From Camelus dromedarius (lineage: Eukaryota), in NCBI RefSeq assembly GCF_036321535.1, contig NC_087438.1, forward strand, positions 12,526,001-12,590,000: a stretch of DNA of 64,000 nucleotides, written 5' to 3'. Numbering within the stretch: position 1 is the first letter of the stretch; every line of letters starts with the position of its first letter. The position numbers and the translations under genes are program-made. The notes beneath the pieces are model-generated. The model was not told the DNA's origin and did not search any database. It worked only from the letters and a program-made list of their open reading frames with translations. Shown piece by piece: positions 39,201 through 52,486 of this stretch.

Positions 39201-40494
39201 ATTTTTCTACCATGTGGAAATCTCAATCTCAAATAAATGTTTGACAGCATCCATATGTTTTTACATTGCTGTTTTCTAATATCCTGACTTTCTGTGGATT
39301 TATGGCTAGTGTCTTAGTTTAAATCTGCCTGAAAGCCTTACTTGTTCTTGATTGAACTGCCTGTTTATTTGAAAGTAATTTTTTTCTCTGGTCTGAATTA
39401 TTGCAAGGGGGAAGCAACGAATACTGGGCATAAACAGGCTTGGCGCATGCTCAGCGAGCAGCTGGCTAAATAAATACAATGTTAGGCATACTTTCTGATT
39501 TAATGAACTGGATTTTTTTCCACACTAATGCCAAACTTATTTCTGCATCCATATCTGTGTTCAAGATGGCTAGACTTTCCGAAAGTCTGACTTCCGGAAT
39601 AAGGGAGATGTTATTCAATTCTTGCCTTGAGGAATTACGTTTTGGTCCCCATAAGTTAAAGTCACTGTTTTCATCAGAGAAACATCATAATTTAAAACAA
39701 AAGGCTCTTCTTTCATGTTGGAAATAAGGCTGGAGCTCCATGCCCTGTTTGTCTAGTTAATCAGACCTCTGAAAGGGCAACGTTCCTAGAGAGGTATGAA
39801 TATGGTTTGGGAGGGGCTTTTGTTCAGATAAGGATGTGGTTGATATGCCATATTTATTGGAGGTAGAAAGAGGAAAAAGAAATTGGACTGAGACCCTGCA
39901 GATTCAGACATGCCCTTTATTATTATTTTAAGTTTATATGTGAGCAAACAAGTGACAGTAGACATTGAATAATTTTCCCAACTTAGGCAGCTAAAGAACG
40001 TGTCTGCAGGTGTATGTTTGCACGTGCATGGAGGTGCATCTAAGCAGGTAGAAAATGAACACACTGAAGAAATAGGACGATAATCACAAAACACCAGTGA
40101 TCACTTCAAAGTGTTGGTTGACAGTCAGTGCATTGTGTGAAGAGTGACGTCATTGCCACAACTCTCTGCTCTCCTGAGATGGCAGAATGTAAGAATTATT
40201 GCTGTGTTAGTATTAATTTTTGGAAGAAACAGTTCACATTTTTTTTTTATCAAATCAAAGTAGGACTAAAAATGGAAATAAAATTGGACCTTCCAAAGTT
40301 GTTTTTACTATACAGTTTCTAGTCTTTGAGAAAGATACATTTGTTATCTAGGATCACTCATAAATTGGGGGAAACATCCTTCAAGAGTAAATATTGGGCT
40401 TTAAAATCAACAGTTAAAGAACTGAAGCACTTTGGGAGCCATACTCAGGTACCTTCCAAATGGTAGAAATGAGCTTTTTGTTTTAATGAAATAA

Positions 40495-40566
40495 TTTTTT
40501 TTTGTATTAAAGTATAGTCAGTTTACAATGTTGTGTTAGTTTCTGGTGTACAGCATAGTGATTCAG

Positions 40567-40602
<36 letters not shown>

Positions 40603-40845
40603 CTTTTCATATTCTTTTTCATTATAAGCTATGCGAAGCACTGAATATAGTTCCCTGTCTTATACAGTAGGACGTTGTTGTCTATCTATTTATCTATCTT
40701 ATATATAGTAGTTAGTATCTGCAAATCCCAAACTCCTAATTTATCCTTCCACCCTCACCCCTTCCCTCTTCTTAACCATAAGCTGTTCTTTATGTATTTG
40801 AGTCTGTTTTTGTTTTGTAAATAAGTTTGTGTCATAATTTTTTTT
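40495..40845 (-). mobile_element. 5'-truncated L1 containing (AT)n at 40569-40600
   Basis: aagtatagtcagtttacaatgttgtg...tatctgcaaatcccaaactcc...ttttgtaaataagtt. Confidence 0.9.
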
Positions 40846-41254
40846 AACCAGTTGAAATATTTTAAGTACATTTTATGAAGACCAAACAGTTCAATACATT
40901 TGCACAGAGCTGTGATATTCTTCTTACCTGGGGAGGTCAGACTTATAGAAGCTCATGAGACATTAGCCCAGAAACAAGCCAAAGAAAACCATGAGCAGAA
41001 ATCAAAGAGAATTCCTGTTATGAAGCCTACTAGGCATTGTGGTCCAGAAGTCCTCAGTCTCTCTGCAAATAAGGGAGTGGACAACAAAGATGGCTGATAA
41101 CGCAGGAATGGTTGTTGGTAGGGAGAGGAGACAAAAAAAAGCTGTACAATGTGGGCAGAAGTATCAGAGTCTGAGTTCATCATGCATAGGACAAGTGGGG
41201 CCACAGGACTCAGGGACTCTTTTTTCTTTAAATTGTTGCTGTTCTATTTTCTCA

Positions 41255-41870
41255 TATCTTTTTTTAAAATTTCAGTATAGTTGATTTACAGTATTTCAGG
41301 TGTACAGCAAAATGATTCATATATATGTATATGTATATGTATGTGTATATGTATGTGTATTATATATATATAATTCTTTTTCAGATTCTTTTCCTTTGTA
41401 GGCTACTAGAAGATATTGAATACAGTTCCCTGTGCTCCACAGTAGGTCCCTGTTATTTATCTATTTTATATATAGTAGTATGTATGTATTAATCCCAAAT
41501 TCTTAATTTATCCCTCCTTCCCTTCCCCTTTTGTAGCTGTGTTTCTTTTCTATGTCTGTGAGTCTATTTCTGTTTTGTAAATAAGTTCATTTGTATCATT
41601 TTTTTAAGATTTCACATAGAGGTGATATCATATGATATTTGTCTTTGTCTGATTTACTTCACTTTGTATGACAATCTCCAGGTCCATCCATGTTGCTTCA
41701 AATGGCATTATTTCATTCTTTTTTATGGCTGAGTAGTATTCCATTGTACATACATACTACATCTTCTTTAACCATTCATCTGTCAGTGAACACTTAGGTT
41801 ACTTCCACGTCTTTGCAATAGTAAATTATGCTGCTATGAATGTTGGGATGCATGTATCTTTTCAAATTTG
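41255..41870 (-). mobile_element. 5'-truncated L1
   Basis: Reverse L1 3' UTR and ORF2 end (ggtccatccatgttgc...ttttatggctgagtagtattccattg). Confidence 0.9.
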
Positions 41871-41914
41871 AAGAACTCCCTTTTTTCCTATTTAAATTAC
41901 AAGTTTAGCTCATC

Positions 41915-42060
41915 ACACACACAGAAATTCTGTAACTATGTATGATGACTGATGTTAACTAGACACTGTGGTGATCATTTCACAATACATACAAATATCA
42001 AATGTTGTACACCTGGAACCCATATAATGTTGCTTGTCAATTATACCTCAATAAAAAGAA
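41915..42060 (+). mobile_element. Older L1 (L1MA-like) 3' terminus
   Basis: gtaactatgt...gtggtgatcatttcacaatacatacaaatatcaa...tcaattatacctcaataaaa. Confidence 0.8.
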
Positions 42061-44689
42061 GTTTATAAAAATTATACTAAAGTGATAAAGTCAGAAGAAT
42101 TAAAAGTGAATTTAAGGAATCTCTACCAACATTTCTCAAGAACCCTTGAAAGCAAGCTTGCATTACAATGCACAATAAACATATCTGATATGTATAAAAT
42201 GACCAAATCACAAAGGAAAGCTTAAATTATGCTCAGTGTCATTCCTGGGTTTTTTTGTTCCCCACATCAGACACTCTTGCTTTTTATAAGGACTGCCTAC
42301 TGCCTCCTCTTCTGTTTCTTCTTTGTGTCTCTAGATGCCAGGGCAAAGCCCCCACCAGTCTTTGACATTAAGCAGAACATTCTAGTGTCACATCAAATTG
42401 TAAAATCATGTGCCTTACACGCCATCTACATATAGCCTACAGAATCTGTGACTTTCATCCTCACCCTCCTCCCATCCCGGCTCTTAATCTGTCCTCATCC
42501 TTCTTGGCCCCTGAACACTGCTTCATCCTCTAGTTCAGTTGCAAACCCAGGAGTTGTGAATCCAGGAGTTGCAAACCTAGGCCTTGCAGGAGCTACATAA
42601 GGTTGAGTGGGGACTGCAGCAAAGTGCTGTCGGGCTGGCCACTGCTTACTTCCCACAGATGGTGGCTGTAAGTGAAAACAGGCCCACAGTTGCCAGACCT
42701 TTTCCTCAAAGGAAGCCCCCAATTTGGATTTCTCTGTGAGGCTGCTGAATTTTTGTCAGTTAATGTAACATTTTAAGATGTGTGGGCTAAAAATAACAGT
42801 TTGTGGGCCAAATCTGGCCCATAGATTCCAGCCTATTACCTTAGCCTCATCTATCTTTGAAATTCACTCCATCTCTGAGTCTCCCCCATGCTTGACCTTG
42901 TCAAATAAGACATGTATTAAAGGCAAAGATGCATATTAAGACACCACATCGAGCTAGATTACAGTAGTAATCTTGCATAATAATGTTATAATATGTACTG
43001 TAATAAATAATAATAATGTGTTATAATAGTATAACTCTGGATAGTGATGTATTTCCCAAAAGGACTGTATATTTTCTTTAGTTATAAATTGCATATTAGG
43101 GGAAAGAAGGTTTACACATAAGGTAGTCTTAAAAACTTGAATTCATAATAGAACAAAAGAAACCCCTGTTAATATTCTTCAGTGGTTATAAACCTCCCTA
43201 AACTATTAGGATGTGGCTGGGGGCATATTTAGGATGGTAGGAGTGGAATTTAGATTAAGTAAAATGTCCTTATGGCCATACCTACAGTACGACAAACACA
43301 CATTTTAATCAAATCATGGAAACAGGAAATCAAAATGGATTATATCAGTCATGAGGAATATTCTATCGATATTTTTATGTGGTCTACCAACAGTTTCTGT
43401 TGCTAAATATCAATTTGTCATTCTCTCTTTCCTTTCATTTGTGAAGTTCTTGCCTTCAGTAAACACTGGAATAGTCACACAGTCACCCTGCTACTAACAA
43501 CTTCTTTTTATCCTTATGTAGGTGAGGTACCCCCAGATTTTGTCCTAGGTAATAAAAGTCTCAGGCTAATACTATTTGGGGATCTTTTATCAGCTTTGAG
43601 TTGGCTTTGTGGCACTCAGCTTTGTGCCAAATTAGTTGAATTGTACAGATTGTGGGGAGGGGAGGAACCAACACATTTCACCCCCTTGATGTGAACCCTC
43701 GGGTGATCTTAAGATGCTCATCACCTCCATGATGGTGGTCATCACAGAGAACCTCTGCCTGGCACCCAGCCAATGTCACCCCCAGGGATGCCCTCGCTCA
43801 CCAGGGCTGTACTTCTATGACTTCCTCTTGGACCCCTCTCAGCCTTGAATCTGCACACCTACACCGGTCTTGCAGCTCTGGGGATTTCAAAGACTCCACC
43901 ACTGCTCTGCTGAGCATCCAACTGGCAGCTTGAGCCACTGCCTTGAGGTCCCCATTGGCACTGCTGCTTCAATGCTGAGACCTGGCTTCTGAGACCGCCC
44001 CCCCCCCAACTTCTGTTCCTGCACCAGAATTTCTACTGAAAACTGCTGGACACTTACACTTCTCTGCTCCATCTTACAGCTCTGAGATGTTTGTCTGCTG
44101 CTTGGTTTTCTTGCTGAGGAAACTTCTTTTCTTGTCATTACTCTATGGCTTCTACGGGGAGTAAACTGCTCCTTGGAGGAACATACTCCCAGGTGTCCTA
44201 TGTAGAGGGTTTCTTGCTCTGCAGACACGGCCAAGATTCTGTAGAGAGCCGCTCCCGGAGCATTACTGAGGGATTCCCACAGCCCTGCACCCTAGCTGGG
44301 CTGGACGGGGGTGCAGAGGAGTGAAGGTGGATTCCAAAGGAGAGCACAGAACTTTCCCTCCCTTGGTTGAGATGCCTTGACTCCCGAGGACCCTGCGTTG
44401 ATAACTGTGCCGGCTGATACGCATCACACCTATTTCACACTTAATGTATCTTGAAGATCGCGCCGTATCAGGGCACGTCAAATTGTCCCACGCTCCTAGG
44501 CAATACCTGGGATAATTTATCTAATCATTCCCGTCTGCATGAACCGCCAAGCAGTTTGGCCACAGACCCTGCTAGAGTGGGGTGTCCCTGTACCCATATA
44601 ATTTCATCCATGTGCCAATAAATCTTTAACAGAAATTTTAATTAGGCACAGGGAAGGAAAATGAAGAAAGAGAGGTGTTGTAATATCTG

Positions 44690-44850
44690 TAGCAGAAAGA
44701 CCACAGGACCAGGAACCAGAAGACTTGGGGTCAATCGACACCACTTGTGAGATTTGGACCAAATAACTTTCCTGAGGCTCAATTTCCTCATTAATAAAAT
44801 GGAAATGAAATCCCCTGCCTTGCCTTGCTCATAAGGTTTCTATGAGCATC
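44690..44850 (+). mobile_element. MIR SINE
   Basis: ctgaggctcaatttcctcattaataaaatgg. Confidence 0.55.
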
Positions 44851-47265
44851 AGATCCATGAGCATCCTTCCCTCCTTTTCTGCCCTTCTTCCTTTCTTCCT
44901 TCCTCCCTCCGTGCCTCCCTCCCTTCCATTGTTCTTTCTTCCTTTCTTTCTCCCCCAGTGTTCTTTCCACTATACCACAACTTTTGGGAAGTTCATTCAC
45001 ACCAAAAGAGCTCCCCCACCTCTCCTTGGGGTCCCTGGTGTATGTGCAGGTCCCATACTCTCCTTCTGTGGCCCTGACCATTCTCTGCAGGACCAAAGGG
45101 ACTAACGTGAGAGTGGCTGAAGGCGTGGGGTGGTGTCTGAAAACATTCCTGTAGGTAACATGCTCTGTCTCAGAAATCCTAGCCTTACAGTGAAAGGTTC
45201 CTAACAGATCCTCGTGCACTCAGGGAGACGTGTTTATTTTTCTTTCAAGGGAAAGCAGTGGAATTTTACTGAGAAACCTCAAATCCATTGAGAAACCAAT
45301 GCAGGACATAATGTCTGAGTTTTGCCACCATGGAGACAGGACTTGGGAAGGGCTTTTGGCCTTTCTCAATCAAAGGGGCCAAAATCTCCCAGGCCATCTC
45401 TTTCCCACTTGTTCTGGGTGGGAGAGACTGCCTTCAACCACAGAGTCAGTGGGACAGCGATTGCTCCTGTGCAAAATTCTTAGTCAGGAGATAATTGCTT
45501 TTAGTAGTGGGGCCTCGGTCCCACCTGACTGATTTATCTCATCATTAACCTCTTAACGATTCAGTTTAACAAGAACAGAAATGGTTACAGAACTAGAAAT
45601 TCTAGGAATTATTATAGGCACTATGCTAGTTGGTGCAGTTATGTAATGAGTAAGATATAGTCTCTTCCAGGAAACAGTTTATTGTCCAGTGGAGGAGAAA
45701 GACAGACAGCAGAGCAAGTTTGAAATAAATGAAAAAAATTCCTTCTTACAAAATGATTGGTGTTTTTTTTTTTTTTTTTTCTCCAGAACGGTCTATTTAA
45801 TACTTGCAAATAAAGGATTAAAATACTTGCAACAGTCTTGGCAATACTGACAACTGCCTGTTCCCTGAGTTTGCAAGTTCTAGGAAGAGGAATTTATTGA
45901 ACCTACTTGCTCAGCATCTAAGATAAATTGAGCACCGACTCATTTCCATTTTCATCCAGCATCATAATATTAATCACCAGGCACCAGAAATACAGATCCT
46001 TCCTCTTAATGACATTGTAGTTGGAAAGTGGAGGTTGTGGCATCAGACACCTGTTTGTCTGCAGGGTATAGTTCACTGAGTCAATGGCAATAAAGTTTCA
46101 AGTTTGCAAAATACTTTTCTTTTGAGAGAAATTTTGCTTACGATGTTATTTGTTTTGCTTGGAGTTTGGCCGAAGCTGTGACGATAACTCAGTTGGGTCA
46201 CTCAACTCTGAGATGATGAAGACCTCTTGTTGCTGTATTTTTCTTTGAACGTTTGGGGGGAGTTTTCTGAAAGCTTCCTTCTGTCTGCAATATGATTCAT
46301 GGAGAAGGTAGACGGCTCTGCAGTGACTGAAAACAGAGCCAGAATTTGCTTCTGTAAGGAGAGGAAACTTAGGTGCAAAGGTATAAACAGGGAGCTTGAT
46401 TATCATGAGGAGAACTGTTTTATTTGCTTAAGAAAGACATGTCTTTCTTACAACTGCCACTTCTGTGGGGACGTGGGGTTGGCGTTGGTGAGGAACTTCC
46501 AACTGCAGAGTTAGTCCAGTCATCACAAGCTTTTTTCTCTCATCAGCGTTATTAATATCAGAACGCATGAAGGAAACTTTAGTTGAAATAAAAAAAAAGG
46601 GCATAATTGATGTTAAAAATTGAAATATGGTCTCACTTCAATAAAAAACATGGGAAAAAATAAAATAAAACAGAACCCTCTCTCCCATCAGTATTTGAAG
46701 ACAAAAAAGAATTGAAATACAGTCTTAATTAAGGAGTGAGTTGTACAACTCATAATCATTTTGACTATATTGATTGGATTAGGTAAACATAAACATAGGA
46801 TAAGTCTTGCAACCTTAGGGTCAGGTAGAGTAACTTAATATCCTGGGGAAGTAGAGCAATGCCAGATTATGGGCTTGGAGGTCCAAACAAGTCCTAGAAA
46901 GACGAAGACTATCTCCAGTCTCCTAAGCTCTGGTGCATTTCCAAAATTGCAGCGCTTCGAATGATCAAGTGATTATTTGAGCAGATATTTGGCTCTCGAT
47001 TAAAAGGGACTTTTCATTGTCACAATTCATTTAAATGGTGTTGACTTTAGGTGGCAGACAAGCTGGGATCAGCTTGATATTGCTTCAGGGCAATGATGTC
47101 AGCAGAGGCATGCTAAATAAATAAATTAGAGGTTCCTTTAATGCCAAGTGACACAATCAGAAACACAACAATCTCTTCCCATTTGCTTTTCACAACAAAG
47201 TTTGTGTAACGTCAGGGCAAAACCTGTAGTAAGTCCACTGGCAAATCTGGGGACTAGCGAATATC

Positions 47266-47500
47266 TTACAGTACGTAGAAACGAAAGGCAGGTTGGTGGT
47301 CACTAGGGTCCGCTGGGAATGGAAAGTGACTGCTAATGGGGATGGGGATGGGGATGGGGATTTCTTTTGGGGGTGAGGATAATCTCCTAGGAATAGAGGT
47401 GGTGGTTGCATAACACTGTGAATGTACTAAGTAACACTCAACTATACACTTTAAAGTAGTTACTCCTATGTTATGTGAATTTCATCTCAATAAATAATTT
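47266..47500 (+). mobile_element. L1MB-like 3' end
   Basis: gtgactgctaatggg...tttcttttgggggtga...ggttgcataacactgtgaatgtactaa...atctcaataaa. Confidence 0.85.
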
Positions 47501-47629
47501 TAAAAGACTAAACCTAGAAGACAACAAAAAGACTCAATTTCTATGCCCCTTATGCTCACAACTTTTCCCTCCCAATCGTTGCACTTCTGACAGGCCCAGA
47601 GGAAACCAGGCGAGCAGCTGGGTTGGTCT

Positions 47630-47910
47630 CAATTACTTGAGGTCTTGGTTCAAAGGTCACCTTATCAGAAAGACCTTTCTGGCCCATTTATAACAATGCC
47701 CCCATCATTTTTGTCCCCCTCACCCTTTGTCTTTCTAGCACTTATCACCAACAGACATATGTTTATTTGTTAATTTCCTGCTTCTCCTCCCAATTGAGTA
47801 TAATGTCTATAAGAGAAGGAATTTTATTATTTTCATTCACTGTTGTACCTAAAACGATACCTGTCACAGTACAGGTGCTCAGTACATATCTGGTGAATGA
47901 ATGCATGAAC
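47630..47910 (+). mobile_element. L2 3' end
   Basis: tagcacttatcacc...ttcactgttgtacct...caggtgctcagtacatatctggtgaatgaatg. Confidence 0.75.
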
Positions 47911-48189
47911 GAACATCAGTACCAAGTCCTGATTTTCTTCAACTTTAATCATCACAGGCAAACATTTGAGGAGGAGGGGTAGGTGTCATTTATCTTTGAC
48001 TAGCATCCAGGATGACACCAACAACAGAGATGATGCTCACTGGGGAATAGTTTTGGAACCAAACTAAGGACAATCTAGTTGGCAAGATAAGACGTCGGTA
48101 AACAAAAACTTAAATGACAGTGTAGAAGAATCCTATGAGGTTAGAGTGGAGGAGAGAATCACCTAGGAGTTGTTAGATTTCATTTCTGA

Positions 48190-48495
48190 CGGAGAAAGCA
48201 AACTCATGCTTACCAGGGGGGAAGGGGGTGGGAGGGGATAAACTGGGCGTTTGAGATTTGCAGATACTAACTACCATATATAAAATAGATAAACAGTAAG
48301 CTTCTGCTGTACAGCACAGGAAACTATATACAGTATCTTGGAGTAACCTATAATGAAAAAGAATGTGAAAATGAATATATGTATGTATATGTGTGACTGA
48401 AACTTTATGCTGTGCACCAGAAGTTGACACAACATTGTAAACTATGCCTCAACAACAACAACAAAACAACAACAACAAAAACCCCACAAAACTTC
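48190..48495 (+). mobile_element. 5'-truncated L1 with (AAC)n tail
   Basis: gggataaactgggcgtttgagatttgcagatactaac...; degenerate TSD tagatttcatttct / tagattttacttct. Confidence 0.88.
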
Positions 48496-51129
48496 TATGT
48501 AGATTTTACTTCTAATTCTGGCTCTTTTTCTCCTCTCAGGAGAGGATTTTAATCTCTCTGAGCCTCAAGTTTGCCATCAGTCAATTTAGAAAGTGGGACC
48601 AGATGGCCTTTGCTGACCCATTCTAAACTTTAATTAGCGCGCACATGTGTGTGCCAAAGGAAGAGAGTCTTACGCATTTAAATAAATGGAAAATCACCCA
48701 AGATGGGGAAATTACCAGGTCAGACCCTCTCCCCTGACCCTGACTGTGGGACAAGTTTAAAGAAGAAAGCGGGAGAAGGTCTCTTTCAAACGTGAAACTT
48801 TGCTGCTTAGTATAATTTTGTGAAATGGGAGTGAGAATGAGTTCCAAGATATATTCTAAGCCTTTTGAGACAACAGCCCTTATTTGAAAAGGTGGTGAAT
48901 TTGTGAAGTTTGACATACTGATGCAAACTTTTCAAGGAAAATTAACACTGTGTTAACAAAAATTCTGATCGGCTCCCCAGTGGGCCTTTCAGCCTACCCA
49001 CCAGCGAAAGAGCTGATTGCAATGATTTCCCCAACTAGAGTTCTAAAGTTCCCCAACGGTTTTTCTTGTTTATGATAATGTGCAGGGCACTTGCAAACTC
49101 TAAATAAACACAAACATGGACTTGAGAGTCCAGGAAAAATCCTCTTCCCTGCCTGCAGTGGTTGAAATAAAACAATGACTGCAACATCACAGGAACAAAA
49201 ATCAGGGTTCAGGTGGCTCTTTGAGGAAACAGGTTGGCTTCAAGACACTTAACATGTTTGATGATTCTTTGAAAATTGACAGTGGGGGCTTGGCAAGCGA
49301 GGGTCTCTCTTACTCGCAGTTTTGGTGCAAGAGCAGAGAAGGGAGCTACAGCGGGTAAGAAGCGAGCTGTAAAAATCTTGAAAAGGCAAATCCTCCACTG
49401 GGCCGACACTACAGAATCACTTATAAGAGGTAGGATGAAAAAATCCGTTTAATGATTTTTCCCTCAGAGCACTATGAAAAAGAAATAATCTTGCCAAACT
49501 GGAGTAATTCAAGTTCAATTCCACAATACCTACTCTGAGTCCCTACTCTGGGACACGTACTGTTTTGCAGTGAAAACAAAAATGAGGTTGAATTTTTTAA
49601 GCAGGCTAAAGGTTATTGTGTAAATGTGACCAATTCATGACTAATTTCTTGCTCTTAGGTTTTTTTTTTCCCTTTTGGGAGTATTTCTCCCTTATTCTCC
49701 TCCAGAATGTAAATTTCTTTCTTCTTCTTGTATTGCTTGAAATATGCATGATGAGCTTTTTCTTTTTGTTTCATACTATTTATAATTATAAATATTTCAT
49801 TTAGTTATATTTAAATGATCTATTTTATAATATTTAATCATGTTATATTTTTATTTATTATAGAATTATTTAATTGTATTTATTTATTTATAATTTAATT
49901 ATAATTATTCTCTCCCCAGGACTAGAATTTACCTCCTACTCCCTCTCATCTCCCACCTACATGGACTTTAGCTGAATATGTTTGATATGGTTCTTCACTT
50001 TGACCAAATAAACAGAATCAGAGTGAGAACTGGGATATAGAGCTTGTGTAAGTATTGTTCCACTGTGCAAATAGTTTAATTCTCTAGGCCTCAATTTTCT
50101 TTTCTATAAGACGTATGGGTGCTAACGTATGGAAAAGCAACCTCTCGAAGGCATTGCTGGAACCGTTGGTTGAGTTGTTGTTCACAGATGTCAAGAAGAA
50201 TGATGGGGATACAGCACAGATGGCTGATATGTGGCCGTCTATTAAGCTGACCCTATATTAGCATGAACGAAATGTTTATTTAAGTTGCACAGACACGCAG
50301 GATGTAGCTGAAGAATTGTAATAGACGCCTTTGAGTAGTGATCAGTCTGAGATAGCCTAAGATAAAATATTTAACTAGGAAGTAGCTTGCCTGTTACCAA
50401 ATAATGAGGATGATAAAGACATGAGCTTGGTGGGCTGAATACACCCTAACCGTCAGCTGACGCTTGGGCTAATCTGGAAGATTTCACTACATCTATGGGA
50501 GACGGATGGACAGGAGGCCTGCTACGGGGGACTGAATTAGAGACCAGACTACACACATAAGGGCAAGGAGTTTTGGGTTTTCTCCTGAGGAGGACACATG
50601 GAAAGCGGGGAAGATGGAGAATGGGAAAGCTCAGAATCCCAGTTCTCTGAGAGCTTTGTGATATTTCAAACAATCTGAGGGTATTCTCTGGCAATATTTT
50701 TGAATTGGGAGAGGAGTCAAATGAGAAGAGTAGCCTATTTGGCAAAATACGGGTTAGTTTATGTTCATGATTATACCAGGATGGATTAACACATGCATGA
50801 CCCGAGATCCCGATAGCTCCACTCCCAAGCGTTTTACGGAACTAGGCGAGGCTCCACACTCTCTGTCGCTCTCCACTTCCTTTCTTTTCTGCTGACATTT
50901 ACGAAACACCCACAGTGTGTAAAGTGCTATGGGCTGGAAAGTGTGACTGTCATTTGCCATAGTCATCTTTAAGAGCTGGTGCTTCTCAAATAGCTCGGAT
51001 CTTAATCTGAATCTATTTAAAAACACGCTTTTAGTTTCTAAGTTGCTAAGTTATATTTAACATACAAAAATAATTGAATGAATTACTATCTCAGCTGAAT
51101 TCACAGAGTGACCTGGTATTTTTTGTGTT

Positions 51130-51290
51130 TCTTCAAACTTTGGCGGGCATATCCGCAGCGTCAGCACCACGTGGGAACTTGTTAGGGAGGGAAACTCACG
51201 GGCCATCCCAGATCTGCTGAATTGGAATCTCTGGGGTTCTGCCCAGGAGTCCCTCTTTTAACAAGTTTTCCAGGTATTCTGGGAAATCCT
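51130..51290. mobile_element. MER5-like hAT relic
   Basis: gcagcgtcagcaccacgtgggaacttgttag...ttttaacaagttttccagg. Confidence 0.65.
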
Positions 51291-51729
51291 GATCTAAGTA
51301 AAACTACAAGACCATGTACTATTGATTTTCTCTATTAGTTTTAAATTCCAATAAGGAGAAAAAGCATGGTGTATTTAGCAAAATAGGCAATAAAAATGTT
51401 CAAGTTGTTATTTTGCATGAAATTAAAAATATTGCCATTTGATAATCATCCGCATATTTAGGTAAAAAGATGTGTAACAAGGGGGATGTGAAGAGTTGGG
51501 GGAAGTTGGAAAAGATACTTAATATTCTTTTTTATTTCAAAAGGCTTTGGACTGAGTTTCCGTGTTAAAGTTATCAGTGTCGTTTAATTGGAATTGTCAT
51601 TTAATCCCATAGGACAAATTTTTCTCTTCCAATAAAATTGGAATCTAGAACATACTGGAATAAATATACTTGCATTTTTAGTTGTTTAAACTAGAGCGTT
51701 AAACATTATCTGTGAAAAAATGTTTTTTT

Positions 51730-51886
51730 TCTGTTTGTTTGTATTTTTATTTATTTTTTTGGTGGGAGGGAGTAATTAGGTTTATTTATTTTTTATTTAT
51801 TTTTTTAATAGGGGTACTGGGGATTGAACCCAGGACCTCAGGCACTCTAAGCACGCACGCTACCACTGAGCTCTACCCTCTCCTCC
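51730..51886 (-). mobile_element. tRNA-derived SINE
   Basis: gtaattaggtttattt...ggtactggggattgaacccaggacctca...taccactgagctctaccctctcc. Confidence 0.92.
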
Positions 51887-52169
51887 ATTTGTTTTTTAAT
51901 TTTCAAATCCATGCTGGATTGTTACTTCTATAAAATACAATTAAATAAACTACTAGAAAAATGAGATTAAAAAAAGAAGCCCGGAAGGCAAGTACCAGAT
52001 TTTCTGAAGCGACCTCGCCGTGGTGAACTGGTAACAACCAGTTTACAGGGGGCCCTGGTCAGCAGGCCACGCTTGGAGTAGTTCCGGTTAAACCAACTCC
52101 GTAGTGGAGTCACCAGCAAACCAGCTGCAGCAAATGACCAGGTGAATCAACTTAACCAAACAAGAAGAA

Positions 52170-52280
52170 GTGGAGGCTCTGAAGTCTGGGATTGGATCTT
52201 GGCTGGCCCCGTCTCCTTGTGCCTCGGTTTTCTTACCTGTAAAATGGGGATGATGATAACAGTCACCTCACAGGATAGTG
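52170..52280 (+). mobile_element. MIR fragment
   Basis: tgtgcctcggttttcttacctgtaaaatggggatgatgataacagtcacctcacagg. Confidence 0.75.
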
Positions 52281-52486
52281 GAGGGAGATTCTGGTGGTTT
52301 AGAATGTATTTGAGTGGATGCTTTAACTGAGCCATTATGGAATTTAGGCTAGGTGGGAAAAGGAGGACACCAGGGAGAGGGAGGACCCTGAAAAGTGGCA
52401 GGGTCAATGGATGGCAAAGTTAAGTAGTGTTAAGTAATTATTTGAGCTGAGACTACAGGGAGCAGGATAGAAACACAAAAGATGGT

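Noticed and set aside
42537..42582. 15-bp imperfect triplication (agttgcaaacccagg)
   Set aside because: Small slippage at the edge of a probable old DNA-transposon relic; the repeated PGFAT peptide is incidental.
49770..49910. Extremely AT-rich tract
   Set aside because: Low-complexity sequence with no periodicity or other structure.
52015..52130. Possible MER63-like hAT relic
   Set aside because: Similarity to the recalled consensus too weak to list as a feature.
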